Source of the DNA: Mustelus asterias
Taxonomy: Eukaryota
Assembly (NCBI RefSeq): GCF_964213995.1
Contig: NC_135813.1
Location: forward strand, 97,526,001 to 97,590,000
DNA length: 64,000 nucleotides
Reading direction: 5' to 3'
Each line of letters starts with the position of its first letter. Position 1 is the stretch's first letter. The position numbers and the translations under genes are program-made. Below the pieces are notes generated by a model. That model had not been told where the DNA came from. It did no database searches and saw only the letters and a list, made by a program, of their open reading frames with translations. This document shows positions 11,878 through 23,071 of this stretch, piece after piece.

Positions 11878-12617
11878 AGAGCCCACCCACGCCTCTTAAC
11901 TGCACAAGGGACCTGAATCCATGTCAATGAAAGGATCACTCTGGACACAATCCCAAAGGACGACAGGTCTCCCTCTGGCCCCAGGACAAAGAATCAATTC
12001 CCATTCCTGCTTCCCTGCCCCGAAGAGAAAATTGGTCTCACTGTGATGTTATTGCAGCCGATTACAGATTGGATATAAATGGAGGCAAAATTGTGGGAGG
12101 GGAATTCCCTCTTTTCCCAAACTGTGAGGTGTATTTTATTGATAAATAATATGAAGTGCCTATTTTAAATGACACACAGTTAGAATTACAATTGTGTTGT
12201 CACTTTCGGAATTGATTTTGATGAGCTAATTTAACACACACTATACTTTTGACATCTAACGATAGCTTTTTTAAGAGAAACAGATTTGAAGTAAATGTTG
12301 TCTTTAACAGAAATACATTGAAAGCTGAAACAAGCGGATCAAAAACATTCTGTCTCCCTGTCAGCAAAGTAAATCCCCTTTTGGTCCGGATATTGCTGGA
12401 AATTTGTGCCATTGTGAGGGGGCACATCTACATTGTCCTGAGATCATCCCATGAAATTATCATGATCCCACCTAATCCCATTAACTCAGTCGAGGCAACT
12501 GGTGCCCGTGGGACTGTGTCCCATCGTGAGCTCATGTCTCCTGGAGAGTAGGAAGCACAGCACAGAACACAAGAAACTTCATAATCATATCAGAAAACAT
12601 CTCCAGACTTAAGCAAT

Positions 12618-12775
12618 GATGTGGAGATACTGGGGTGGGCACAGTAAGAAGTCTCCACCAGGTTAAAGTCCAACAGGTTTATTTGGAATCACAAGCTTTC
12701 AAAGCAGCGCTCCGAAAGCTCATGATTCCAAATAAACCTGTTGGACTTTAACCTGGTGTTGTGAGACTTCTTACT
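12618..12775. mobile_element. Inverted pair of Penelope-type terminal repeats (long hairpin)
   Basis: 12656-12691 is the perfect reverse complement of 12723-12758. Same repeat family as 41019, 53206 and 57717. Confidence 0.75.
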
Positions 12776-12870
12776 ATATTTAAGCAAGGCAAAATTCCTG
12801 ATATTGTAAGCAGCAATTTATAGTAAACACAATGAATTCCATATAGTCCTTTAAAACCAAAATAACTTAC

Positions 12871-13041
12871 TTTAACAGCTCTGATTACTTTGATCCCAGG
12901 TTGATTCAGAAAACACCGATCCCTCAGAAAGCTACAGATTCTGTCCACTGCATCCCTCAGATGCTTATTAAAATCATTTGGCTCCAGATTATTTTTAATG
13001 AAGTCGTCCAGCTTCCTCTGCTCTGTGTTGTATAATTCCAT
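12871..13041 (-). CDS. OASL: OASL exon 1
   Basis: MELYNTEQRKLDDFIKNNLEPNDFNKHLRDAVDRICSFLRDRCFLNQPGIKVIRAVK is a typical OAS N-terminus (LDxFI...L.P...ICxFL). GTAAG donor, phase 0 into GGS. Confidence 0.95.
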
Positions 13042-13084
13042 CCTTCCAGTTTTCACTCAAAGTGAGGTTGGTATAAGCACAGCT

Positions 13085-13305
13085 CCTTATAAAGCAGCTG
13101 CTAACACCTCCCTCAAATATTTAAAACATCTACCTGAGTAAGACTACCCAATAAATCGATGTTCCACACGTCACAGTTTCGGATCTCCACCCTGTTCAAA
13201 AGTTCCCGTTTCAGTGGTTGTGGTTAATTCTAAGCAAACAGCAAATAGATTTTGATTTCCTCAGAAACATGACTTGTTTGGCATGTTGAGTTTCGGTTTC
13301 ATTTC
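13085..13305 (-). promoter_or_regulatory. OASL promoter with ISRE
   Basis: Perfect ISRE AGTTTCGGTTTC at 13289-13300, a near-ISRE AGTTCCCGTTTC at 13201-13212, and TATA-like TTTATAA at ~13087-13093. Confidence 0.8.
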
Positions 13306-13676
13306 TCCAGTGCCAGAGCAGTCTGTAAGCACTCGTGCTGATTGTGAGTTGATAACAAAAACAGGACGTGTTTACACAGCATGACCACAGGGCGTCCCAA
13401 AGCATTCACAGCCAATTCCACATTATTGAAGTTCAGTCACTGTTATAATGTAGGAATGTCATGGAAAATATAATTGTGTTCTCCTTCCAATTCACATCAG
13501 CACGATCCTGTGGTGGGGAGCTGCCAAGAAAACACGTGTGAAATTCCCCCATAATCCCAGTGGGAATTTGATGGAAAAGAGTCGAATTATAAAGTTGGAA
13601 TTCCTCCGACTGTGTTGATAACATTTTCACCTTCAGAAGAGCACAGCTACCTCAGTATTAGATTATCTGAATCTAC

Positions 13677-16600
13677 GGGCGTGATTTTATCATTAGGTTG
13701 TGCCCATCTTTGGGCGCGAAAACTTGGTAAAGTCGGGCGTGAGGTGAGTAGCGCGATCCATGCCCGCCTCCACGGCAGTTCCCCCTTTACCAAGGCCCGA
13801 AAATGGACGTGATTGGGACTGTGCCCGAAAAGGGTGTGACAGCCATTTGCATGTATATAGAATCATAGAATCCTACAGTGTAGAAAGAGGCCATTCGGCC
13901 CATCGAGTCTGCACCAACCACAATCCCACCCAGGCTCTATCCACATATCCCTACATATTTTACCCACTAAGCCCTCTAACCTATGCATCCCGGGACACTA
14001 GGGGGCAATTGAGAATGGTCAATCAACCTAGCCCGCACATCTTTGGACTGTGGGAGGAAACCCACGCAGACACGAGGAGAATGTGCAAACCCCACACAGA
14101 CAGTGACTCGAGCCGGGAATCGAACCCAGGTCCCTGGAGCTGTGAAGCAGCAGTGCTAACCACTGTGCTACCGTGCCGCCCAAATTGACTTAATGGGCTG
14201 CACGCCCAACTTTACTGGCACCTCCCCTTTACCACCGCGTTTGCCAATCCAGAATCGGCGTGGAACAGATATGCTCCATTAAAGTCTGATTCAGGCACTC
14301 CATCAGTGAGGGTTAGTGAGGAGGTAAGTGTGTAGAGTCCGACAGCTCTCTGCTGCTTATGGGTGTCCTTTTATTGCAGCCATTTTCTTTCTCGGGCCGG
14401 TGGCGGCCCTGCGAGGGGGGGGGGGGGGGGCGTGGGGAACTATTGCTCAGCAGGGTCTCTGATGTCCAGCTTGCAGCACAGACCCGGGTCTCAGCACTGA
14501 CCTCAGGTCTTGTGGTGCTGCTGGGTCCTAGTGCACTCAGCACTCTTCCAGCTGAAGGATGTGCACAAAGCCCTTGGAAATTGCACTGCTGCAGCCTCTC
14601 AATGTTTCAAGGAGCTGTGACTTTGGGGAGTATTTGGCTGGGGAAATTGGGGGGTATGGACAGTGACTGTTGATAGGCTAGGGGTAAGCAGCATTCCTTA
14701 ACTTCTACATGGGTTCCTCTCCATCTCCAACACCCCCCTTCAGAGTGACGAGATGTCTTTTGCGATGCAACCAATCGATCTTGCTGTTCCTTTGGTTGCT
14801 GCTGGAGCTGAGGAGCAGGAGGAAGAATTGCAGCACAGGAGACCTGGGCCTTACCACTTCCACATGTAGAAGGAGATGATCACCAGAGGCAGGACCTGGA
14901 CGCCATTCACACAGAGGGGAGGGGCACAGGAGAAGGACGGCAGTTCTGTGCACGAGTGTCATTTGAACAGATGTCGGACAGCGTGTGCCGCCGACATCTC
15001 CCGTCCGAAAGGAGACAGTGCAACACCTGTGCAGCCTGTTGCAGGACCTGGCACCTAGGGGCGGGGGCGGGGGTGGGGGGGGCACAGAAGCAGGTCACAG
15101 AAGCCATGTATGACCGGGCAGGGGAGGTGGCGCGTGGGTGATATGGGTTACCCGCTTCGGACATGGCTGATGAAGCCTGTGTGGAGGCCTGTGACTGAGG
15201 TGGAGACCTGCTATAATGAGGCCCATGTAGCCACCCACGCGATAGTGGAGAGGTACATTGCGCTCCTCAAAATGCGATTGCGGTGCCTGGACCGCTCTGG
15301 CAGGGCCCAACAATACAGCCCTGTGACCTCATCCCGCATTGTGGTCGTGTGCTGTGCCTTACACAACCTGGCTCTGCAGAGAGGTGACTATTCGAGGAGG
15401 AGGACGTGGAGGCTAACCAGCCGGGCATCGCTGGGGAGGATGACCAGCAGGAGGAGGAAGAGGAGGCAGAGGAAGAGTACGCCGAGGAACACAGCCCTGG
15501 CGCTGGAGGGCTGGCAGCTCAGATGAGGCATGTGAGGGTGGCAAGGGAGGCCCCTGATCACAAGGCGGTTCAGTCGCTAGGGGCTTGTGTCTGTGGGCTC
15601 CATCCGCCCCACAAAGTCTTTCTATCTTCTGCAACATCATCACAACAGAGTGGTGGGCCTGGGTACGCTGTGTTAGTGAGTTTCTTTGGCAGGCAGGAGC
15701 GTAATGACGACTCCATGATGAAAATGCCCTGGTGCAAACTAGTCTGATTCCTACCTGAGCTCCACATGCACGCTGGCATCTGGGCCCTCATCTGTGTGGT
15801 TGGTAAGGGATCTGAAACCCTCTTACAGGCCCCTGGGGAGGGTGGGGTGGGGGGATGGGAGCGAATCGCTCGTGGGTTCTGGGGAACCAATGGCTTCCTT
15901 TTCTCAGTGACACAGCATTGAGGGGCCTCCCCAACTGACATCAACATGAGGCATCACTCCGGCAATCATCAATGAAAGAGGATTCCTGTTCGAGACAAAT
16001 CTGAGACGAATGAATCACAGGTGAGTGGTGAAAAAACATTTAATAATTGCAATAAAGGTGTTTAAATAATAAATTCTAACATAAAAACTTGTGAACGGAA
16101 AATGTTAAGGTGCTTAAAGATCTATTTAACTAGTGCAGTCCTTCATCCTGCCATCTCAGTGCAACTACAACTTCCTAACCTTACGTGGCCTACCACTAAG
16201 TCTCAGTGTCTCGCCAGAATGTACATCGGAGGTGGAGGGGGCCAGCTGCCTACCTCGCCCCGTTGTCTGTGATGCGTGTGGCGGGCGTCCTCTGAAGGCC
16301 CTGGACCTTGAGGGCCCTGGCCAGCTTCCAGGTATGTGGGACATTTCCATGACACCCCCTTAATCCCACTGGCCCTGAGGTGCCCCGGTGTCAGGAAGGG
16401 AGGAGTCAGAAGATGTAGCCGCAGCCACAGTCTCCTGGCTGGAAGGCCCCGGCATGGGCTCGAGCCCTTCCTCTTCCCTTGGGGTTCCGGTGGGCCCCTG
16501 GATCACTCCATGGGATGGCGGTGCTTCCGCAGTGAGCTCCAGAAGCTCCAGCGTCACCTGGCCCTGCCAATCCTGGAGGACTACCTGAGTCCTATGGAAG

Positions 16601-19045
16601 GTGGTCGAGCCCTCTGCGATGGCCACCTGAGTCGGAGTACACCTGTTAATGGCCGCAGCAAGTGCCCTCGGACCGGGCCATGCTCTGCAGCCCTTCAGCC
16701 ATGACCCTCTGCGACTGGGCCACGTTCTCAAGGGCTGCTGCCGTAGCCCGCTGTGTCTCAGTGCTGTCCCGGTGGGTTTCCTTCAGGCTCTCGACTGTCT
16801 CAGCCATGGGCCGCAGAATTACGAGAAGCCTGTTCAGTCCCTTAGCTGTGGCCTGCTGTGATTCAGCCATTGCTTGGAGCCTCATGGTGAGGATCTCCTG
16901 CCCCAGACTTTCCACTGCGGACACCACTCTTGCAGGGAACCTCGCAGGACGGGCAATAGCTGGTCCGTCCGAAAACTTTGGGATTCCACCCACCAGCCTC
17001 TCAGTTGTGGCCGTCAGCCCCTCCTGCATTCCCTGGCTCTGTTGCTGCATCTCCAGCAGCTGAGGGAGAAGTGATCTCAGAGGCCCAGCCTGTAGCCTGG
17101 AGCCAGCTGAGTCCTCGCCTCCGGCAGACCCCCGTGTGTCAGAGGCCTCGGACGTTCCCTCCTCCACCCAATGTACATCAGCAGATGTGCCGTGCTCACC
17201 AGAGAGCGACCCAGAAGCCCCACAACTAACTGGACCAACCGACGTGTCAGTATCTGGGATTGTGAGTTGTGAGGTGGAAGCTGACGCCAAAACGGTGCCA
17301 CTCGGAGGTCCCTTCACCCATATCCTCCGAGGAGCTGTCCTGAGCAGGATGGGCAGGAGCTGCAGCAGGGGCCTGTAGTCCAGAAGACCCTGGGGCACCC
17401 GGTTCTGTCCCTGCAACACAGGACACAAGGTTAAGTGCAAGGGAGGGAGAGGAATCCGGGATGCAAAACACGTGAATCACATTTCTCCATTGAACATAGA
17501 ACCAGGCACAAAGAAAATTACATCACAGGAACGGGCCCTTTGGCCCTCCAAAGCTGTAGCGACCAGGCTGCCCATCTGATTTGTTACCCCCTAACTTTCC
17601 AGGGACCATGTGCCTCCATTCACGTCACTGACCTTTCTGCTTCCGTGACCTCCCCGGCAGCGAGTTCCAGGCACCCACTACCCTCTCTGTGCAAATAAAC
17701 ATGCCTTGTACATCCCCGTTAAAACTTGCCCTTGTACCCAAAATTCAAGCCCCCAAGAAGTTGCTTCAAAGTGAATGGAGAAATGACAGGTGCTGACGTC
17801 TTGACAGCAGCCCGACCGTGCTGTCACTCACAGCCCGCATCTCCCCTTCCCTTCAGAGCTCCAGCATCTGCTCCTCAAAGGGGGTGAGGGCCCAGAGGTC
17901 TGGCTCACCGCAGCTGTCTTCACACTCTCATGGGTGTTATGGTCAGTCTTCTCTTGTGGAGCCAGAAGGAGCCATGAAAGAAATGATGGCGTGACTGCTG
18001 CAGAGTATCAGGTGGTGGCCCTTAGAGAGCAAGCGCAGTGGGGTTCTTGGGGGGGGGGGGGGGGGGGGGGGAAGGAAGGTTGTGCTTGGGGGACAGGAGC
18101 TGGAAGCATGCACGGTGCTGGGGACGGGAGGATCTGGGGAAGATTTGGGGGAAGATGCAAGATGGGGTTCAACACTCACCCTTGCTGCACAGATGAGGTC
18201 ATTGACCTTTTTCTGGCACTGCTTCCCGGTTCGGGGGGCCAGTGCCCTGGCACTGACCGAGGCGGTGACTGCCTCCCAGGCCGCATTTCCATCAGAGCCC
18301 CTGGGTCTGCGTCCTCCTGGGGGGAAGAGGGTGTCCTGCCTTCCCTCTGCTGCATCCAGTAGCCTGCCCAGATCGCCCTCAGAAAAACAGGGAGGGGGGT
18401 GCGGGTGGGGGGTTGCTGGTCATGCGCACAGTGTCCTGCACTGCCTGCCTGTCCATTCTTGAGTTTTTAATGGGGCTGCACCTCGTTCGGGCAGATCAGC
18501 TGCAGGCAGTTTGGCAGAACATTCCAGCAAGTTCCATACAGTTTGCTTCTTAGCATTGAGGGGAAGGCAAGTGAGAACTTGCAGGTGTGCTGATGGGGAG
18601 ATGAGGGCTGTCAGCGACAGCGTTGGTCGGGCTGCTGTCAAGACGTCAGCACCTGTCATTCCTCAGTGCCTCAATGATTGGGGACAGGGGAGAGAGATGG
18701 AGGTGTCACACAGCCATCGGAGTCCGGAGGAGATGGGGGCCTTGTGCAGGAGGCTCTGGGGTGGGGGTGCGGGGGATCACTCTGCCTGATATCTGTAGAG
18801 TGGAGGCGGGAGGGTGGATCTCTCTGCCTGAGATCAGTGTGGGGGAAGGGAGAGGGGCTCGCAATCGGTCTGGGTGGTGGAGAGGGTGCGGGGATAAGGC
18901 AGTCAGTAATGTTGTGGGGGGTGGGACAATGTGGGGGCAGGGGGAGGCATTATCCGGCCCAGAAGGGATGTGGCAGAGAAGAGTTATTCTATCATTTTTT
19001 TTCTACGCATGCGCAGTTGGAGGCTCCGATCGGAGCTGCAGCGTC
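13677..19045 (+). mobile_element. PIF/Harbinger DNA transposon copy 1 (decayed, one end truncated)
   Basis: TIR-like GGGCGTGATTTTATCA at 13677. HARBI1-like transposase remnants on + (GDMGYPLRTWLMKP...[30 protein letters not shown]...CCALHN, 15110-15526). Convergent spliced Myb/SANT gene on - (~16160-18423). Inverted relative to 32021-37888. Confidence 0.9.
13859..14180 (-). mobile_element. V-SINE (HE1-like) nested in Harbinger copy 1
   Basis: Reverse-complement tRNA head and V-domain; (GATTCTAT)n tail. Confidence 0.85.
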
Positions 19046-19089
19046 CATGTGCCCTTTATTTTCTTATTTTTTTGCCCTATTCCTCCTTT

Positions 19090-19426
19090 GGCATGATGGC
19101 ACAGTGGTTAGCACTGCTGCCTCACAGTGCCAGGGACCAGGGTTCGATTCCGGCCTTTGCACATTCTTCCCATGTCTCTGTGGCTTTCCTCAGGGTGCTC
19201 CGGTTTCCTCCCACAGTCCAAAGATGTGTAGGTTAGGTGGAGTGGCCATGCTAATTTGCCCCTTAGTGTGCCAAGAAGTGTAGGTTAGGGGAATTCATGA
19301 GGTAAATACAAGAGGTTCTAGGGATAGGGCAGGGGGGTTGGGCCTGGGTAAGATGCTCTGTTGGAGAGTTGGGGGAAACTCGAAGGACCAAATGGCCTCC
19401 TTCTGCACTGTAGGGATTCTATGATT
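19090..19426 (+). mobile_element. V-SINE (HE1-like)
   Basis: tRNA head, V-domain, GATTCTATGATTC tail. Confidence 0.85.
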
Positions 19427-19664
19427 CATTCTTCGAAGTGTTGATTTGAGTTGGGGTGCCACCAGTCCTCCAGGTCCTCATGGTGAGGCTTAATGCTAAT
19501 AATTAGTGGGTACCAAAACTGAACCTTGCCTGACCCCAGTCGCAATTTCTGCTTCCCTTTAAGCAATGCCAGCACCAAACATATCTTCCCAACCCCTCCC
19601 CTCCCAGTCCCACAAAGGGATTGTTCCCTCTATTACATTCTGATTCACTCTTCCATCTTCCCTA

Positions 19665-20190
19665 TCACCTGTCCACCATCTACAAGGCACAAGTCAGGAG
19701 TGTAATGAAATACTCTCCACTTGCCTGGACGGGTGCAGCTCCAACAACACTCAAGAAGCTCAACACCATCCAGGACAAAGCAGCCTGTTTGATTGCTACC
19801 CCTTCCACAAACATTCACTCCCTCCACCGCTGGCAAACAGCGGCAGCCGTGTGTACCATCTACAAGAAGAACTGCAGTAATTCACCAATTTCTTTCGACA
19901 GCATTTTTCAAACCCACCACCATTACCATCTAGAAGGACAACAACAACAGATACCTAGGAACATCACCACATGGAGGTTCTTGTCTAAGTCACTCTGTCC
20001 AAAATTGGAAATATATCACCATTACTTCACTGTCTCTGGGTCAAAATCCTGGAACTCCCTCCCTAATAGAACTGTGTGTAGCATTTGAAGAAGACAGATC
20101 ACCACCGCCTTCTCAAGAACAACAAGAGATGGAGAACAAATGCTGGCTTAGCCAGCGACACTCCCATCCCGTAAATGAATTTTAAAAAAT
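19665..20190 (+). mobile_element. CR1/L2-group LINE 3' fragment
   Basis: LSTIYKAQVRSVMKYSPLAW...KLNTIQDKAACLI...SKSWNSLP; related copy at ~57250-57716. Confidence 0.75.
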
Positions 20191-20799
20191 AATCCATTTG
20201 CCTTCCACAGATATCTTCCTATGCAAGCGCAAAGGATTTAACAAATGGCCTTTCCCCTCTTCCCTTACCACCATTCAGATCACTAAATACTCTTTCAATG
20301 TATTAATAGGTGAATCTGGCTTACATGTCACAAACTATGTCCTCCTAACCTGGAGCAGCAGAGGGACATGGGCCAGGTATAAGCTGCAGACCAGAGCGGC
20401 AGCTAAAATGAGTTTGTGACAATAGTCACAGAGGAAACTCAGGCTTTAGAAACATGGCAAAGATTAAGAGAGATCTGTCCACGAAAACACTCTTGCAGAT
20501 TCTGAACAAACACCATGACATGGAAGTGAGATTTTGCCTTCAGAAAGGGAGTGGTTTTTTTTCTCTGTGTGACCTCGCCTCGTAGAGCTGGAACCTGGCA
20601 ATTTGAGGCCAAAGCATTTGATTTGATAATTAAATTGCCTGCTGTGATGCTCTGTAAGTTTACACGTCCAGCCCCTGACTACAGCTTTGAACAGGCAGCC
20701 AATCTTTCTGAGTCACCACTCAGCTGATTCTGCTCTTGTTGATTTTGTTTGTGACGCCAGGCAGGAATCTGAAACTGATCTACCTGGAATTCAGTACCT

Positions 20800-21190
20800 G
20801 TCACCTGCAGCAAGGTTCACTTCCTGCTCTCACTGTCAGGTTATTTCCCGGACTCTGCGGGGAACTTTCAGGAAATGAAACTTCAGCTCAGATCTATCTC
20901 ACTTGTTTGTTCTAACAGTGCAGGAGGGTGGCAGCAAGCAAAGGGCAGCAGGGCTGTGACGTTCTGTCACAGGCTGTCAGAAAGAATTAAAGGAGTGAGG
21001 AGGGAGCCAGAGACTCACTCACTTATTTAACGGAGGGAAACACAGAGCAAGACTCAGAGCAGTGGAAGCGGACAGAATTTTATTCACTTCTTCCAGGTCA
21101 GACAGTTGTGTTGAGGAAAACTGCGAAAACAAATCGTGCAGGAAAGTGAATCTGTCAACAATCTGCAGATCCAATTTCTTCTGACCTGAT
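20800..21190 (+). promoter_or_regulatory. Diverged ISG15-like promoter and non-coding exon 1
   Basis: GGAAATGAAACT (20871-20882), GGCTGTGACGTTC, AGGGAGCCAGAGAC and TTTTATTCAC occur in the same order as in 27640-27960. Confidence 0.7.
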
Positions 21191-21838
21191 TGGATTTGTC
21201 CTTTCAGTTCAGGAATCTCAGTATTCTAATTCTAGATTTTAAAATGGGTTGTTTTGAATCTCAATGCCACTCACAATTTAAATAAGTTCTTAATATTCTC
21301 TGATCGGGGACAGTATCATTTCAAACACCCCAGGGCCATTTTTCTCCAATTACACTCATTCCCTTAGACTCCATTGATGATCTGCTGAAATGATAATGGA
21401 AAATCAAGGGAAACCCCACAGAATTCCCGAGCCCAGGTTTTTTTTAACCTCCCCAGTAACCCAAACCCACACCCACAGACGGTAGCACATTACACCGCTC
21501 GCTGAGAGCCACTTCAGGCAGATGCCAGTATTGAAGCTCAGAAGACAGACACTCCAGTTTCTGAATATGTTAATAATAGACAGGATAGATCAACAAAGAC
21601 ACATCCAAATGCAAATGGAAGAACAGATTGGGAATCTGCTGCTTATTTTTCCAGGCTGGGAGGAAGGAGTTTGTGCAGATTGGTTTCTTTGGGATTCAGA
21701 TGTTGAGTAGAAAGCCAGACTTTAAGATTATTGTCGATGAGATTTACACAACAGTTACTCCTCACACTTTGCAGCCTGTGCCTGGGATAATGTGTAGTGT
21801 GTGTTAAATTCTGACAAGAGGCTGTTCTCACTGCTGTC

Positions 21839-22143
21839 ATCGCTTCTCGGCCTTTTGGCTAAGATCAAGTGTGGTCTGCTGATGCTGCACTTGGTTGAGG
21901 TCATTGGGTTGCATTTAAGCTTCATTTTCATATGAAGCAATTTTGTAAAGCGGCATCTCGGCCTTTTGGCTAAGATGCAAATGAGATTAAGCCTTGGAGG
22001 AGGTGCAATGCCTACTCCAATCAGCTTGGCTCATGTAGATCAGGCCCAAGACAGGAGTGGAGGCCCTGTCTTGTCAGCTTGGATCGGGAATGTCTCAACT
22101 TGTTGAGACTCTGAATTGGACTTGATTTGATTGAATTGGAAAA
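21839..22143 (+). mobile_element. U2 snRNA-headed repeat, copy 1 (candidate U2-SINE)
   Basis: Starts with U2 5' sequence ATCGCTTCTCGGCCTTTTGGCTAAGATCAAGTGT; second U2 fragment at 21956-21976; flanked by a 20-bp direct repeat at 21806-21825 and 22155-22174. Confidence 0.8.
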
Positions 22144-22206
22144 GTATTTTTTAAAAATTCTGACAAGAGGCTGTCTGACTACAGTGTCTCCCCCAGCAAT
22201 GCTGTC

Positions 22207-22464
22207 ATGCTGATTGTCACCAATGAGGAGCGCATGCAGATATTCCTGAAGAATGAGAAGGGGAAAACATCTACATATGACGTTCTTCCCTTGGAGTCTG
22301 TTCAGGATTTTAAAGCACACGTACAGCTGCAGGAAGGTGTTACAACCAGACAGCAGAGCCTGGTATATGAGGGGAAAGAGCTGGAGGATGGCTGCACACT
22401 CGCCGATTACAATATTCAGCCAAAGGGAACCATCTTCATTACACTACGTCTACGAGGTGGTTAA
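22207..22464 (+). pseudogene. Truncated ISG15-like paralog (C-terminal UBL only, LRLRGG intact)
   Basis: 85-aa ORF homologous to the second half of the 155-aa genes; homology starts at DKRLSDY (~22162) and most of UBL1 is missing. Confidence 0.7.
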
Positions 22465-22511
22465 CATGCACTTGCAGCGGTTAAGATGATCCCTAGATAT
22501 TACAGAAATGA

Positions 22512-22823
22512 ATCGCTTCTTGGCCTTTTGGCTAAGATCAAGTGTAGTATGGACAGGCTGCGCTTGGTTGAGGTCATTAGGTTACACTTTAGCTTCATTT
22601 GAAGCAATTTTTAAAAGCGGCATCTCGGCCTTTTGGCTAAGGTGCAAATGAGATCAAGCCTTGGAGGAGGTGCAATGCCTACTCCAATCAGCTTGGATCA
22701 TGTAGATCAGGCCCAGGACAGGAGGTGAGAGCCCTGTCTTGTCAGCTTGGATCGGGAATGTCTCAACTTGTTGAGACTCTGAATTGGACTTGATTTGATT
22801 GAATTGGATAAATAAATAAATAA
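22512..22823 (+). mobile_element. U2 snRNA-headed repeat, copy 2
   Basis: 38/39 match to vertebrate U2 nt 1-39 (22512-22550); same body as 21839-22143; (TAAA)n tail. Confidence 0.8.
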
Positions 22824-23071
22824 TCATTTATAGTGTATTAATTGATCTTTTTTTCATACATTCCTGTTCTCTCATGTGCAGTTTGTAAGAGACCTGGATT
22901 GCACAGTCACTGACTTAATGATGCTTTTGGCTCTTATTACTAACCTTCTTGCATTCTCAGCTAGGAAAAGATGCTGGTTTAAGCCACTGAACATGATTTT
23001 TACAAGTTACAGCAACTTAATTAACAACATAGGAGCAATCAGGAAACCAGCGAGGTAATGTGTCCAATTCT

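Noticed and set aside
13265-13288. p53 response element next to the OASL ISRE
   Set aside because: CATG/CTTG cores are present, but the half-sites have mismatches and irregular spacing.
21839-22550. Functional U2 snRNA genes
   Set aside because: Only ~39 nt of U2 are present; the Sm site and 3' stem-loops are missing.
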